Shown piece by piece: positions 9,701 through 21,905 of a stretch of DNA of 40,826 nucleotides. The stretch is from Saprolegnia diclina VS20 (taxonomy: Eukaryota): NCBI RefSeq assembly GCF_000281045.1, contig NW_008246094.1:21339-62164 (forward strand), given 5' to 3'. The notes below the pieces were generated by a model. The model was not told where the DNA came from and made no database searches. It saw nothing but the letters and a program-made list of their open reading frames with translations. The translations under genes were made by a program, and so were the position numbers. Numbering within the stretch: position 1 is the stretch's first letter; every line of letters starts with the position of its first letter.

Positions 9701-12700
9701 TCATCAAGATCAGCGACTACGAAGACGGCGTCGTGACCGAAGTGGGCGAGTTTTACGAGCTCATGGAGCGCAACCGCGTCGCGCGCATTGACGAGCTCGT
9801 GCAAAACTACAGGAGCATCGGGCCGCTGCTCATCAAGGTCGAGGAGGTCGTCGCGGGCGTCAACACGGGGTGCAGTCCCAAGCTCGCGACCTACTACATG
9901 TACTGGGAGCGGCGCGTGTTCAACGCGATCACAAAGATGATCATTGGCTCGATGACGACGTTCCAAGCGCTTTTGAACGTGCACCAAAAGGACGTCTTTC
10001 GCCAAAACAACAACAACGCGCACGAAGCCAACAAACTCAAGCGCCCACCGCTCTGCAAGATCAAGGCTACCATGAACGGCAAGGACATTGTCGTGACGCC
10101 GACGCTCAGCGACATGTACAAGTACCTCAGCAAGTGCGTCAAGCACATTGTCGAGAGCGCCAAAGCATTTGCACGCTGGATGCACGGTACTTGCCGCGAA
10201 ACCGAGCCCCAAGTCGCGTCCGAGGACGACGAGCCCGTCACGTTTACGTTCTACAATGACATTTCGCAAAACCCGTATGTGATCAAGATGACTCTCTCGC
10301 TCAACCAAGAGATCCACAAGGTCTTCAACATCATCAACAAGTACCTCGACTCGTGGCGCCGGTACGACACGGTCTACGCGCTCTGGAACCCGAAACGTCG
10401 CGCGGCCTTGGACAAGCTCGCCGACAAGAAGCCGAGCTGCGTCTACTTTGATGCGCGCATGGCGTCGTATGCGCGCCTCGCCGATAGCGTGCGTAGCCAG
10501 CCGACTGAGAAGGAAACGGACTTTCTTCAAATCAACTGCTTTGCGGTCGCAGTGGCGATTGCCAAACAGGCCGAAAAGTGGAAGGACGACTATGGTCAGA
10601 TTTTGCTGGAGCTCTCGACCAAGAAGCTCGCGGCCAGCGTCGCCATCATGGACGGCTTTGAGAAGGAGCTGGTGGCGGCGCCGACGGACCTTGCGTCGCT
10701 CAAGGCGTTGTTGAATACGATTGCGCGCATCTCAGCCTCGAGTATGGAGATGGAGCTCGACTACTGCGACATTGCCGAGCGGTACCGGACACTGCAAACG
10801 TACGCGATCGCGATGCAAGACGGCGGCGCCGAGGCCACGCGCGCGTTTGAGCTCGAGTCGCGCTGGAAGAGCCTCGTGATCGCGAGCAAGACCAAGGATC
10901 TACGGCTCATCCACGTCAAGGACCAGTTCCGCGTCGTGACCAAGCAAGACACGGCGGCGTTTGCGATCGACTGCAAAGCGATGCGGTCCGACTTTTTTTC
11001 GACTGGACCTGGCGGAACACTCTCCGACTTGGACGCAGGCTTGGAGCTCGTGACCGAGTACAAGGCGCGGCTCATGGCGTTCAAGAACAAGCGCCAAGAG
11101 CTCGTGAATGCCGAGAACCTCTTTAGCCTTCCGTTGAGCGCGTACCCCGAGCTCCAAGAGGTGGCCGAAGCGCTCGAGAAGCACGAGCGCGTGTACGCAC
11201 TCTATATTGAGCAAAAGGAGTTTATCACGGGCATGTCGGGCGTGCTCTGGGGGGAACTCGACGTTGGCTTCATGACCAAGGGCATCGACGAGCTCGAAAA
11301 GACGTGCCGCAAGTTTCCCAAGGAGCTTCGCGCGATGGCGACGTTCCAAGAAGTTGAAAAGCAGATTTTTGCGTTCAAGGAAAGCATCCCGCTCATTGCG
11401 TCGCTCAAGAACGACGCGATGAAGCCGCGGCATTGGGAAGAGCTCATGGGCGTCACGCAGGTCAAGTTTGAAATGAACCTCAAGACGTTTACGCTCGGCA
11501 ATCTCTTTGCGATGCAACTGCACCGGTTTGCAGCCGAGATTGGTGACATTGTCAATGCCGCGATGCAAGAAGCCAAGATCGACATGGAGCTCCAAAAGAT
11601 CGAGGACGTGTGGGCCAAAGCGACGTTTGAAGTCGCCAAGTACAAGAAGAACGGGACAGACCGTGGCTGGGTGCTCCGCACCGCGGACGAGCTCAAATTG
11701 ACGCTCGAAGATCACATGCTCAACCTCCAGACGATGAGCGGGTCGCGCTTCATTGCGAGCTTCTCGGACCGCGTCCGCAAGTGGGAGAAGAAGCTCAACA
11801 TCGTCAACGAGTGCATTGACGTGTGGTTTGTCGTTCAGCGCAAATGGATGTACCTCGAGAGCATCTTTATCGGCGCCGAAGACATTCGGCTCCAGCTCCC
11901 GGAAGAAGCCAAGAAGTTTGATGCGCTGGACAAGGCGTGGAAGGGCATCATGGCGGCCACATACAAGAACGCAAACGCTGTCGATGCGTGTACGACCGAC
12001 AACCGTACCGAGACCCTCCTTGGGCTGTCCGAGCGCTTGGACAAGTGCCAGAAAAGCCTTAGCGACTACCTCGACACGAAGCGGAATTCGTTTCCGCGCT
12101 TCTTCTTCATCTCGGACGACGAGCTCCTCTCGGTGCTTGGGTCGTCGGACCCGACGTCGATTCAAGTGCACATGCTCAAGCTCTTTGACAACGTCAAGCT
12201 CCTAACGTTTGCGCGCAACAACCGCAACGTGACGGCCATGGAGAGCTCGGAAGGCGAGGGCTTTGCCTTTCGGACCGTCTCGGTCGTCGAAGGACCCGTC
12301 GAGCAGTGGATGACCGGTGTCGAAGACGAGATGCGTGCGACGCTCCAAGTGATCGCCAAGGAAGGCGTCTTTCATTACGCGCGGTCGCCGCGGACAACGT
12401 GGCTCGGTGACGTCCTCGGCATGGTGGGTCTCGTTGGCAGTCAAATCTGGTGGACGTGGGAGGTCGAAGACGTCTTTCATCGCGTGGCCGGCGGCAATAA
12501 ATATGCAATGAAGGAGCTCGAGGTGAAGCTCACGGGGCAGCTCAACGACCTCGTGCGTCAAGTGCGCGAGCCCTTGCCCAAGCAGACGCGCAAGAAGGTG
12601 AATACGCTTCTCATCATCGACGTCCACGCGCGCGATATCGTCGACGCGTTCGTTCGGGACTCGATCTTGCACGAAAAAGAATTCGCTTGGGAGTCGCAAT

Positions 12701-15700
12701 TGCGCTTTTACTGGGACAAGGACGTCGACGACGTCGTCATCAAACAGTGCACGGGCACCTTTCGCTACGGCTACGAGTATATGGGTCTTAACGGTCGGCT
12801 CGTCATTACGCCACTCACCGATCGCTGCTACATGACGCTGACACAAGCGCTGACATTCAAGCTTGGCGGGTCTCCCGCGGGGCCAGCCGGGACGGGCAAG
12901 ACAGAGACGGTCAAAGATCTCGCCAAGTCACTCGCGCTGCCGTGCTACGTCATCAACTGCGGCGAGGGCCTCGACTACAAAGCCATGGGCAGCATCTTCT
13001 CGGGGCTTGTTCAAGTCGGCGCGTGGGGCTGCTTTGACGAGTTCAACCGCATCAACATCGAAGTACTTTCCGTTGTCTCGGCGCAACTGCGAGCGATCCA
13101 GAATGCGCTCAACACGGACAAGCCAACGGTCGACATTGGCTTTGGCACAGAAATCGCGATTCATCGCACAGCAGGGTTTGCAACCTGCGGCTTCTTTATC
13201 ACGATGAACCCGGGGTACGCGGGCCGCACCGAGCTCCCAGACAACCTCAAGGCGCTCTTCCGCCCCGTGACAATGATTGTGCCGGATCTGCTCATGATCT
13301 GCCAGATCATGCTTTTTAGTGAAGGCTTTGAGAACGCGGTGGCGCTCGCGAAGAAGATGACGGTGCTCTACAAGCTCTCGCGCGAACAGTTGAGCAAGCA
13401 GTACCACTACGACTTTGGGCTCCGCGCACTGAAGAGCGTGCTCGTCATGGCCGGTTCCCTCAAGCGCGAGTACAGCGACATGAGCGAAGACTTGGTGCTC
13501 ATGCGCGCGCTGCGCGACTCGAATATGCCAAAGTTCGTCTTTGAAGACGTTCCGCTTTTCCACGGCCTCATCAACGATCTCTTTCCTGGGCTCGACTGCC
13601 CGCGCGTGGGGTACGCCACGCTCAAGGACGCGATCGAAGCCGACTTGGACGCGGGCGAATACCGGACCACGGATGCCGCTGTCTTTCGGGAACAGACGGA
13701 CAAGATCATTCAAATGTACGAGACGATGCTGGTCCGGCACACGACCATGATCGTCGGCCCGACCGGCGGTGGCAAGTCGCTCGTGCTGCAGACGCTGGCA
13801 AATGCGTCCAAGGTCGCGCTCGACGAAATCGTCAAGATCTTTGTGCTCAACCCGAAAGCGCAGTCGGTCGCTGAATTGTACGGCACGATGGACCCAGTCA
13901 CTCGCGACTGGACGGACGGTGTTCTTTCCAAGCTCTTTCGAGAGCTCAACCAGCCGCTGCCACCCGGAAAGGAAAACGAAAAACGCTGGCTCATCTACGA
14001 CGGCGACGTGGACGCTGTCTGGGTCGAAAACATGAACTCGGTCATGGACGACAACAAGTTGCTCACGCTACCGAACGGCGAGCGTATTCGCCTCCAAACG
14101 CACTGCAGCATGATCTGCGAAACATTCGACTTGCAGTATGCGTCGCCGGCGACCATCTCGCGTTGTGGCATGGTGTGGGTCGACCCAAAGAACCTCGGGT
14201 ACCGTCCGTTCTACGAGCGCTGGCTCAAGAAGCGCACCAAGCTCGACGACAAAGGCCCGCTTTTAGAGCTTTTTGACCAGTATGTACCCAAGTGCGTCGA
14301 CTACATTCTCGAGGGTACAGTTGGCACCGAAGTCGTCGGTCGCCTCACCCAAGTGATTCCGATCTCCAACATGGAAATGTGCAAGCAGTTGACGAACGCG
14401 ATCGACAGCTACTTTCCGGAAGCGCCCCTCGAGCGCATGGACATTGAAGGTCTCTTTCTCTTTTGCCTCGTGTGGTCGCTCGGCGCCGCGCTCATCGAGC
14501 CCAGCCGCGTCCGCTTTGACGAGTTTCTCAAGACGATCGCGACTTGCGCGATGCCAACGCCGTCGCTTTACGCCTGCTTTTACAACTTTGAGACGCACAA
14601 GTGGCAGACGTGGGACTCGCGCGTGCCCTCGTACGTTGAGCCGGCGCCGTTCAACTTTTCCAACGTGCTCGTGCCAACGACAGACTCGGTCTTGTACTCG
14701 TACATTCTTGCGACAGGCATGAAGACGGAGCGCCCGGTCCTTCTCGTTGGCGACTCGGGCACGGCCAAGACCGTGACGGTGACCAACTATCTCCGCGAAC
14801 TCGACCCGCAGACCACGTCGTCGCTCAGTATCAACTTTTCAAGCCGGACGAGCTCGGCCGACGTGCTCGCCAACATCCAAGCCAACGTTGATAAGCGCAC
14901 GGGCAAAATCTACGGCCCGCCCGCGGGCAAGAAGCTCGCTATCTTCATCGACGACATGAACATGCCCAAGGTCGACTTGTACGGCACGCAGCAGCCCATC
15001 GCGCTCCTTCACTTTGTCGTGAGCAAAGGCTGCATGTACGACCGTGGCAAAGATTTGGACCTGCGCATCCTCAAGGATTTGCTCTACATTGGTGCCATGG
15101 GTCCGCCAGGCGGTGGCCGCAACAACGTCGACCCACGGTTCGTCGCACTCTTCAACGTGTACAACTTGACGCCACCGACAAAAGACGTTTTGCGCAACAT
15201 TTACGGCTCGATTCTGACGACATATCTCCGCAACTTTGCGCCGCCCGTGCAGGAGGCTGGCGCCAAGCTCACGGACGTCCTTCTCCGCCTCTTTGACGTA
15301 ATTGTCGAGAAGCTGCCGCCGACACCGTCAAAGTTTCACTACATCTTTAATCTCCGAGACCTCGGCCGCGTCTGCGAAGGCGTGTGCATGGCGACGCCCG
15401 ACCGATTCGACTCGTCGGCCAAGCTTGTTCGACTGTGGCGCAACGAGGTGCAACGCATTTTTTGCGACCGCCTCACGAGCACGACCGACCTCGGCGTTGT
15501 CGACAGCGCTACTGCAGGCCTTCTCAACGAGGTGTTTCCGTCCGAAGCACCCGTCGCGCTCGTGGACCCTCTGCTCTTCGGGGACTATGCGGACTGTCGA
15601 AATCGGCTCGGCGGTGGCGGTGGCGAAGACCTCCGATTGTATCAGGACATGGACTCGTACAAGCGGATCCAGTCGCTCTTTGAGGAAGTGCTCGAGACGT

Positions 15701-18700
15701 ACAACCTCGACAACAAGCCAATGGCGCTCGTGCTTTTCGAGATGGCGCTGGAGCATCTCTCGCGTATTCTGCGCATCATTCGCAACCCGCTCGGGCACGC
15801 GCTACTGATTGGCGTCGGCGGCAGTGGGAAGCAGAGCTTGTCGCGCCTCGCTGCGTTTACTGCGGGCTACGATCTCTTTGAAATTTTCCTCACGCGCGGC
15901 TACGGAGAAACCGAGTTTCGGGAAAACCTCAAGGATTTGTACCGGAAACTCGGCAAATCGCCCGTCGTCTTTTTGTTTACCGACGCCCATGCGGTTGAGG
16001 AAGGGTTTCTCGAGTTCATCAACAATATGCTCACGACCGGTATCGTCCCGGCGCTCTTTGAGCAAGACGAGAAGGACCAGCTCGGCGCCACCGTGCGGCA
16101 AGAGGTCAAGGCGGCGGGTTTGGTCGAGTCGAACGAGAATTGCTGGAAATTTTACGTCCAGCGCTGCCGCCAGAACCTGCACGTCGTGCTCGCCATGTCA
16201 CCGTCGGGCACGACGCTGCGCGTGCGCTGCCGGAACTTCCCCGGCCTCGTCTCGGCGAGCGTCATTGATTGGTTCTTCTCGTGGCCCGAAGACGCGCTTC
16301 GGAATGTGGCGCGCTACTTCTTGCTCGACGAGAAGATTCCCGAAGAGCACCGGCCCGAAGTCGTCAACCACCTCGTCCACGCCCACTTGCGCGTCGTGAC
16401 GGTCGCGCACCGCTTTGCGGTCGAGTTGCGCCGCCACTATTACGTGACGCCCAAAAACTACCTGGACTTTATCGCCAACTATCGGCTGCAGCTCAAGGAG
16501 AACAACCAAAAGGTCAACGCCAGTATCGCGCGCCTCAAAGGCGGCTTGACCAAGCTCGTGGAAGCCAGCTTGGCCGTCGACCGCATGCAAATCGAACTTA
16601 GCGAGAAGAAGATCATTGTCGACGAGAAGACAGTCGCTTGCGAAGCGCTCATCAAAACGATTGGCGAAAAGTCGGCGATTGCGAGCAAGCAGCAAGAAGT
16701 GGCTGCGATCACCCAGATCGAGTGCGAGAAAGCGAGCGTCGTCATTGCCAAAGAAAAGGAGGAGGCTGACGCCGCGCTGCTCGAAGCGCTGCCGGCGGTT
16801 GAAGCCGCGGCGCAGGCGCTCCAGGACCTCTCGAAAGCCGACTTGACCGAAATCAAATCGTTTGCGTCCCCGCCCGCGCTCGTCATGTCGGTGTGCATGT
16901 GCGTGCTCATTCTGCGGCCGACAGGTCAAGACCTCGACTTGGACTGGAAGGGTGCCAAGGTCATGCTCAGCAACCCAAACATGCTCAACTTGCTCAAAGA
17001 GTACGAGAAGGACAAGATCACGGCCAAGATGATCTCCAAGATCAAGACGTTCTTCAAGAACCCGGACCTCAACCTCGAAACGATGAAGTCGATCTCCAAA
17101 GCCGGATCCGGTCTCCTAGTGTGGGTCATTGCCATCGTCAAATACTACGACGTTGCGCGCAATGTCGAGCCGCTCAAACTCAAAGTCAAAACGATGGAGA
17201 AGGAGCAAGCCGTCAAAGAGCAAGAGCTGCTTGAGCTCAAAGAAACACTGGAGCGGCTCACGGTCGACCTCAACGGCCTCTCGTCGGCGTTTGAAGCTGC
17301 CAATGGCGAACTCCAGGGCCTGAAGTCCCAAGCCGACCAGATGCAAAAGCGATTGAGCGCCGCGAGTAAGCTTCTCTCGGGTCTTGCAAGCGAGAAGACG
17401 CGCTGGACCAAGGACATTGAGAGCTTGAACCTCCAAGGCGAGCGGCTCATCGGCGACTGCCTCCTCACCGCGAGTTTTCTCAGTTATGCCGGCGCGTTCA
17501 GCTTCGACTACCGCTACGAACTGATCTACGTCGACTTTTTGACCGACGTGACGGGCCGGAAGTTACCGGCAACAGACCCGTTCAAGCTCGAGAGCTCGCT
17601 GACCAACGACGCGACCGTGCAAAAGTGGGTCGCGGAGGGCCTCCCGGCAGACGAGCACTCCGTGCAAAACGGTATTTTAACGACCAAAGCATCGCGCTTT
17701 CCGCTGTGCATTGATCCGCAGCAGCAAGCCGTCACGTGGATCAAGCGACGCGAAGAGAAGAACAACTTGACGGTCAAGACGCTCAACGACGGCGATTTCA
17801 TGAAGCATCTTGAACTCGCGATTCAGTTTGGCAACCCGTTCTTGTTTGAGGCCGTCGACGAAGAGCTCGACCCGATTTTGGACCCGGTCCTTGAAAAAAG
17901 CACGTTCATGGAAGGCTCCCAGCGGCTCATCAAGCTCGGCGACAAGAACGTCGAGTGGGACGCCAACTTTCGACTCTACTTTACGTCCAAGCTCGCCAAC
18001 CCGCACTACTCGCCCGAAGTTATGGGTAAAACCATGATCGTCAACTACTCGGTGACGCAGGCGGGTCTCGCCAATCAACTTTTGAACGTCGTTGTCGCCC
18101 ACGAACGCCCGGACCTCGAGGAGCAGTACCGCGAGCTCGTGCGCGACATGTCGGAGAACACGCAAATGATCGTCGAGCTCGAAGACACGCTGTTGCACGA
18201 GCTCTCGACGTCGACGGGCAACATCTTGGACAACGAAGAGCTCATTGTGACGCTGGACGAGACCAAGAACAAGGCGACCGAGATCGGCTCGAAGCTCGAC
18301 ATGAGCAAGTTTACAAAGGATGAAATCACAAAGGCGCGCGCCGTGTACTCGCCGGTCGCGCTACGCGGCAGTATCATGTACTTTGCCATGTCGTCGCTCT
18401 CGACCATCATGAAGATGTACGAGATCTCGCTCACCTCGTTTTTGACGGTCTTCAACTCAGCGCTCGACAACGCCAAGCGCGACGTGGTCTTGGAGAAGCG
18501 ACTCCGCTTCATGATCCAAAGCATCACCGAAATGATGTACGACTACACGTGCACCGGCATCTTTGAGCGCCACAAGCTCATGTTGTCGTTCCAAATGACC
18601 GTCATGATCATGGCAAGCGCCAACGAGCTCGCGCGACCGGAGCTCGATTTTTTCCTCAAGGGCGACACGTCGCTCGAGGCGGCGACCGTCAACAAGCCGG

Positions 18701-20823
18701 ACGGCCTCGTCTGGATCGCGGCTGCTGGCTGGAAAGACTTGCTCTGCCTCACCAAGATGGCCGGGCCGTTTGAAACGCTCTTGAGCGACGTCACGACGCA
18801 CAAGCGGGCGTGGCAAGAGTGGTACGAGCTCGAGGCGCCCGAGCAAAGTCCGTTCCCGTGCGACTACACGACCAAGCTCTCGCCGCTCCAGCAGCTTCTC
18901 ATTTACCGCTGCTTTCGCCAAGATCGCGTCTACAACGCCATGAAGCTCTTTGTCATGGCAGTCCTCGGCGAAAAGTACGTACAGCCGCCCGTCTTGGACT
19001 ACGCGCGGATTTACGCTCAGAGCGCGCCGACCGCGCCGATTGTGTGCATTCTAAGTCCCGGGGCCGACCCGCAGAGCGACATCCAGACGCTCGGGGAGGC
19101 CACGGGCTTCTCGGGCCACAAATTTAAGTTTTTGGCGCTCGGCCAAGGCCAAGGACCGCTCGCCGAACAAATGCTCGAGGCAGGCTACACGCGCGGCCAC
19201 TGGGTGCTATTGCAAAACTGCCACTTGCTCGCGAGTTGGCTACGGACGTTGGAGAAGACGCTGCTGGCGATGCACAAGCCGCATAAAGACTTTCGTCTCT
19301 GGCTCACGACCGAGCCCACGGATCGGTTTCCGCTCGGCATTCTCCAGCGGTCCCTCAAGGTCGTGACTGAGCCACCAGACGGGCTCAAGCAGAACATGCG
19401 GTCGCTCTACTCGAAACTCGACGAAGCCCTCCTCGACGAGTGCCCGCACCCGGCGTTTAAACAAGTCGTGTTCGTCTTGTGCTTCTTGCACGCTGTCGTG
19501 CTCGAGCGCCGGAAATACGGCAAAATCGGCTGGAACGTGAGCTACGACTTTAACGAGTCGGACTTCAACATTTCGCGCAAGCTGCTCTCGCTCTACTTGC
19601 ACAAGGCGTTTGTCGACGGCGACGAGCAGCTGCCGTGGGGGTCCCTCAAGTATCTCATTGGCGACGCCATGTACGGCGGGCGCGTCTCGGACGACTACGA
19701 CCGGCGTGTCCTCACGACGTATCTCTCCGAGTACATGGGCGACTTCCTCTTTGACGACTGCCAGCCCTTCTTCTTTAGCCGGTCCGGCTTTGACTACCGG
19801 CTCCCGGTGGACGGACCGCTTGAGTCATACTTGGCGACTGTCGAGGCGCTGCCGCTCACGAATTCGCCGGCCGTCTTTGGCTTGCACCCGAACGCAGAAA
19901 TCGGGTACTACACCAACATGACCAAGTCTGTGTGGCGCGACCTGATCTCGCTCCAGCCGCGCTCGGCGGGCAGCGGCGGCGGTATCTCGCGCGAAGACTA
20001 CATTACGAGCATCGCGACCGACATCGAGTCCAAGGTACCCGAGGCCGTCGACGTGAGTTTGATCCGGAAGCGGCTCGGGGGCACACCGACGCCGACCCAA
20101 GTCGTGCTATTGCAGGAGCTCGACCGCTGGAACGTGCTCACGGCCAAGATGGCCACATCGCTCGGGGACCTACAGAAGGCGCTCATAGGTGAAATCGGTA
20201 TGAGCGACGAGCTCGACGCGGTCGGGTCGGCCCTCTTTGACGGGTTCTTGCCAAATATGTGGCGGAGTCTGTGCCCGAAAACAGAAAAGCCGCTCGGGAG
20301 CTGGATGGTCCACTTCATGCAGCGCTACGCGCAGTACATGAACTGGATCGAGCATGGAGACCCCGCGGTCATGTGGCTCTCGGGCCTTGGCATTCCAGAG
20401 AGCTACCTCACGGCGCTCGTCCAAACGACTTGTCGCGCCAAGAACTGGCCGCTCGACAAGAGCACGCTGTATACGACGGTCACCAAGTTCCGCGCTGCGG
20501 CCGAAATACCCTCGAGGCTCGACTCGGGCTGCTACGTCTCGGGGCTCTACCTTGAGGGCGCGTCGTGGGACCTCGAGAAGGGCTGTCTCTGCCAGCAGCA
20601 GCCCAAGAAACTGGTCGAAGAGCTCCCAATCCTCCAAGTGATCCCGATCGAAGCAAGCCGCCTCAAGCTCCAAAACACATTCCGGACACCGGTGTACGTG
20701 ACGCAGTCGCGACGCAACGCGATGGGCGTCGGGCTCGTCTTTGAAGCCGACCTCTTCACGAGCGACCACATGTCCCACTGGGTTCTCCAAGGGGTCGCAC
20801 TTGCGCTCAACACGGACTCGTAG
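6752..20823 (+). CDS. DNAH10: Axonemal inner-arm dynein heavy chain (DNAH10 / I1-alpha type), 4600 aa; exons 6752-6856, 6901-7003, 7047-7109, 7151-7293, 7347-7622, 7666-7830, 7876-20823
   Basis: Four P-loops (GPAGTGKT, GPTGGGKS, GDSGTAKT, GVGGSGKQ), CFDEFNRI, DHC_N1 (GPLAEIEFWRERN) and N2 regions, stalk coiled coil, and a C-terminus HWVLQGVALALNTDS typical of DNAH10. Six GT-AG introns of 41-53 nt join the upstream exons in frame (13803 nt total). Confidence 0.92.
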
Positions 20824-20867
20824 TCGATAGAGATGTGACTTCGTCCAATATTATGTACAAATACCGA

Positions 20868-21272
20868 TCACTCGGCGGCGTTGCGCAGTGCAAGCCCGAC
20901 GCGGTGGCGCTCGGCCTGCTTGGCCTCGAGCTCGGCTACATGTTCGCTCGGTGAGGCCATATTGGCATCTTGCTGAGCATGGTACCTTTCTTGGCCTTGA
21001 CCAGCACATCGCGCTTCTGGACGAAGAAGACGTTGCAGCGCTGGACGTACGTCGCCTACGCCATGTTGTTGTCGTCGTCGCGCATGGCAGGAGCATGGAC
21101 GTACCTTCTTGGGCTTGACCGAGTCGAGCTCCGCCAGCGCCACGTTAAGGTTCTGGATCTACATGAGAGCGTGAGCTTAGGACGCGCCGGTCACAGCAGC
21201 ACGCACGTCCTTGTCGAGGGCCTTGGCGTCCAGCGCCCACTTGTCCTTGAGCACGCTGCTGTTGCTGTCCAT
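20868..21272 (-). CDS. 85-aa prefoldin-beta-like microprotein (ASDURF/PDRG1-like); exons 21272-21207, 21158-21105, 21055-20986, 20935-20868
   Basis: Three GT-AG introns (48, 49, 50 nt) splice to MDSNSSVLKDKWALDAKALDKDIQNLNVALAELDSVKPKKATYVQRCNVFFVQKRDVLVKAKKAELEAKQAERHRVGLALRNAAE*. The pattern is helix, ELxxL/V, short beta hairpin (TYVQRCNVFF), helix, as in beta-prefoldins. Not visible as a single ORF in the track. Confidence 0.8.
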
Positions 21273-21495
21273 CGCCGCTTCAAGTGGACCCAATGATAAA
21301 TGTGGCAGATGCCAGCTAGGAGATGTCCTATCTGGGCATTTCTTGAACAAGGATATCCAACCATAAACAATGTATACCATACAGAATATAAGATAATAGA
21401 TTACCATCACTCTGCTCACGATCCGAAGCTCTCTTGGCATTTGTATCGGACGCCAAGAAGATTATTTGGTCAAAGATTGTACCAGCGCGAGAAGC

Positions 21496-21858
21496 ATGGA
21501 CGCCAGCGGGTCGACGACCTTCTTCGCCGCCCTGCACGACAGCGACGACGTGCTCGTTCTGCTCGTCATCTGCGCTTCCGCCGTCGTAGGCCTGGCCATC
21601 GTTCTCTGCTTCGTCTCGCGCTTCTGCGTCTGCCTCGGTGACTGCTGCGAGTGCCTCCGCCGGTGCCTCTGCCAGCCCAAGAAGCCGCACGCTGCCCGCG
21701 TCTCGCTCTTCGTGCACCAGCAGCGGCGAAGCGTGCGCGATGTAGACGCCGACTTTATGGAGCCCTTCCTCGGGCCGCCCGCCTACGAGCAGCCCTACGA
21801 CGAACTTAGCCCGCCGTCCTATCGCAATTTGCCGTCGGCGCCTCCGCTCTCGCCTTAG
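21496..21858 (+). CDS. 120-aa single-pass membrane protein with juxtamembrane Cys cluster and PPxY/PSAP motifs
   Basis: ATG at 21496; hydrophobic segment VLVLLVICASAVVGLAIVLCFV; CVCLGDCCECLRRCLC; tail with PPAY, PPSY and PSAPP. Confidence 0.8.
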   Translation: MDASGSTTFFAALHDSDDVLVLLVICASAVVGLAIVLCFVSRFCVCLGDCCECLRRCLCQPKKPHAARVSLFVHQQRRSVRDVDADFMEPFLGPPAYEQPYDELSPPSYRNLPSAPPLSP

Positions 21859-21905
21859 CGATGCGATCCATCATCATGTCACGTGGTCGTAATGAAGTAT
21901 TCATT

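Noticed and set aside
7861..10530. 889-aa antisense ORF (and others, e.g. 10900-12171) inside the dynein gene
   Set aside because: Shadow ORFs expected from strong GC3 codon bias on the sense strand; the translations have no protein-like motifs.
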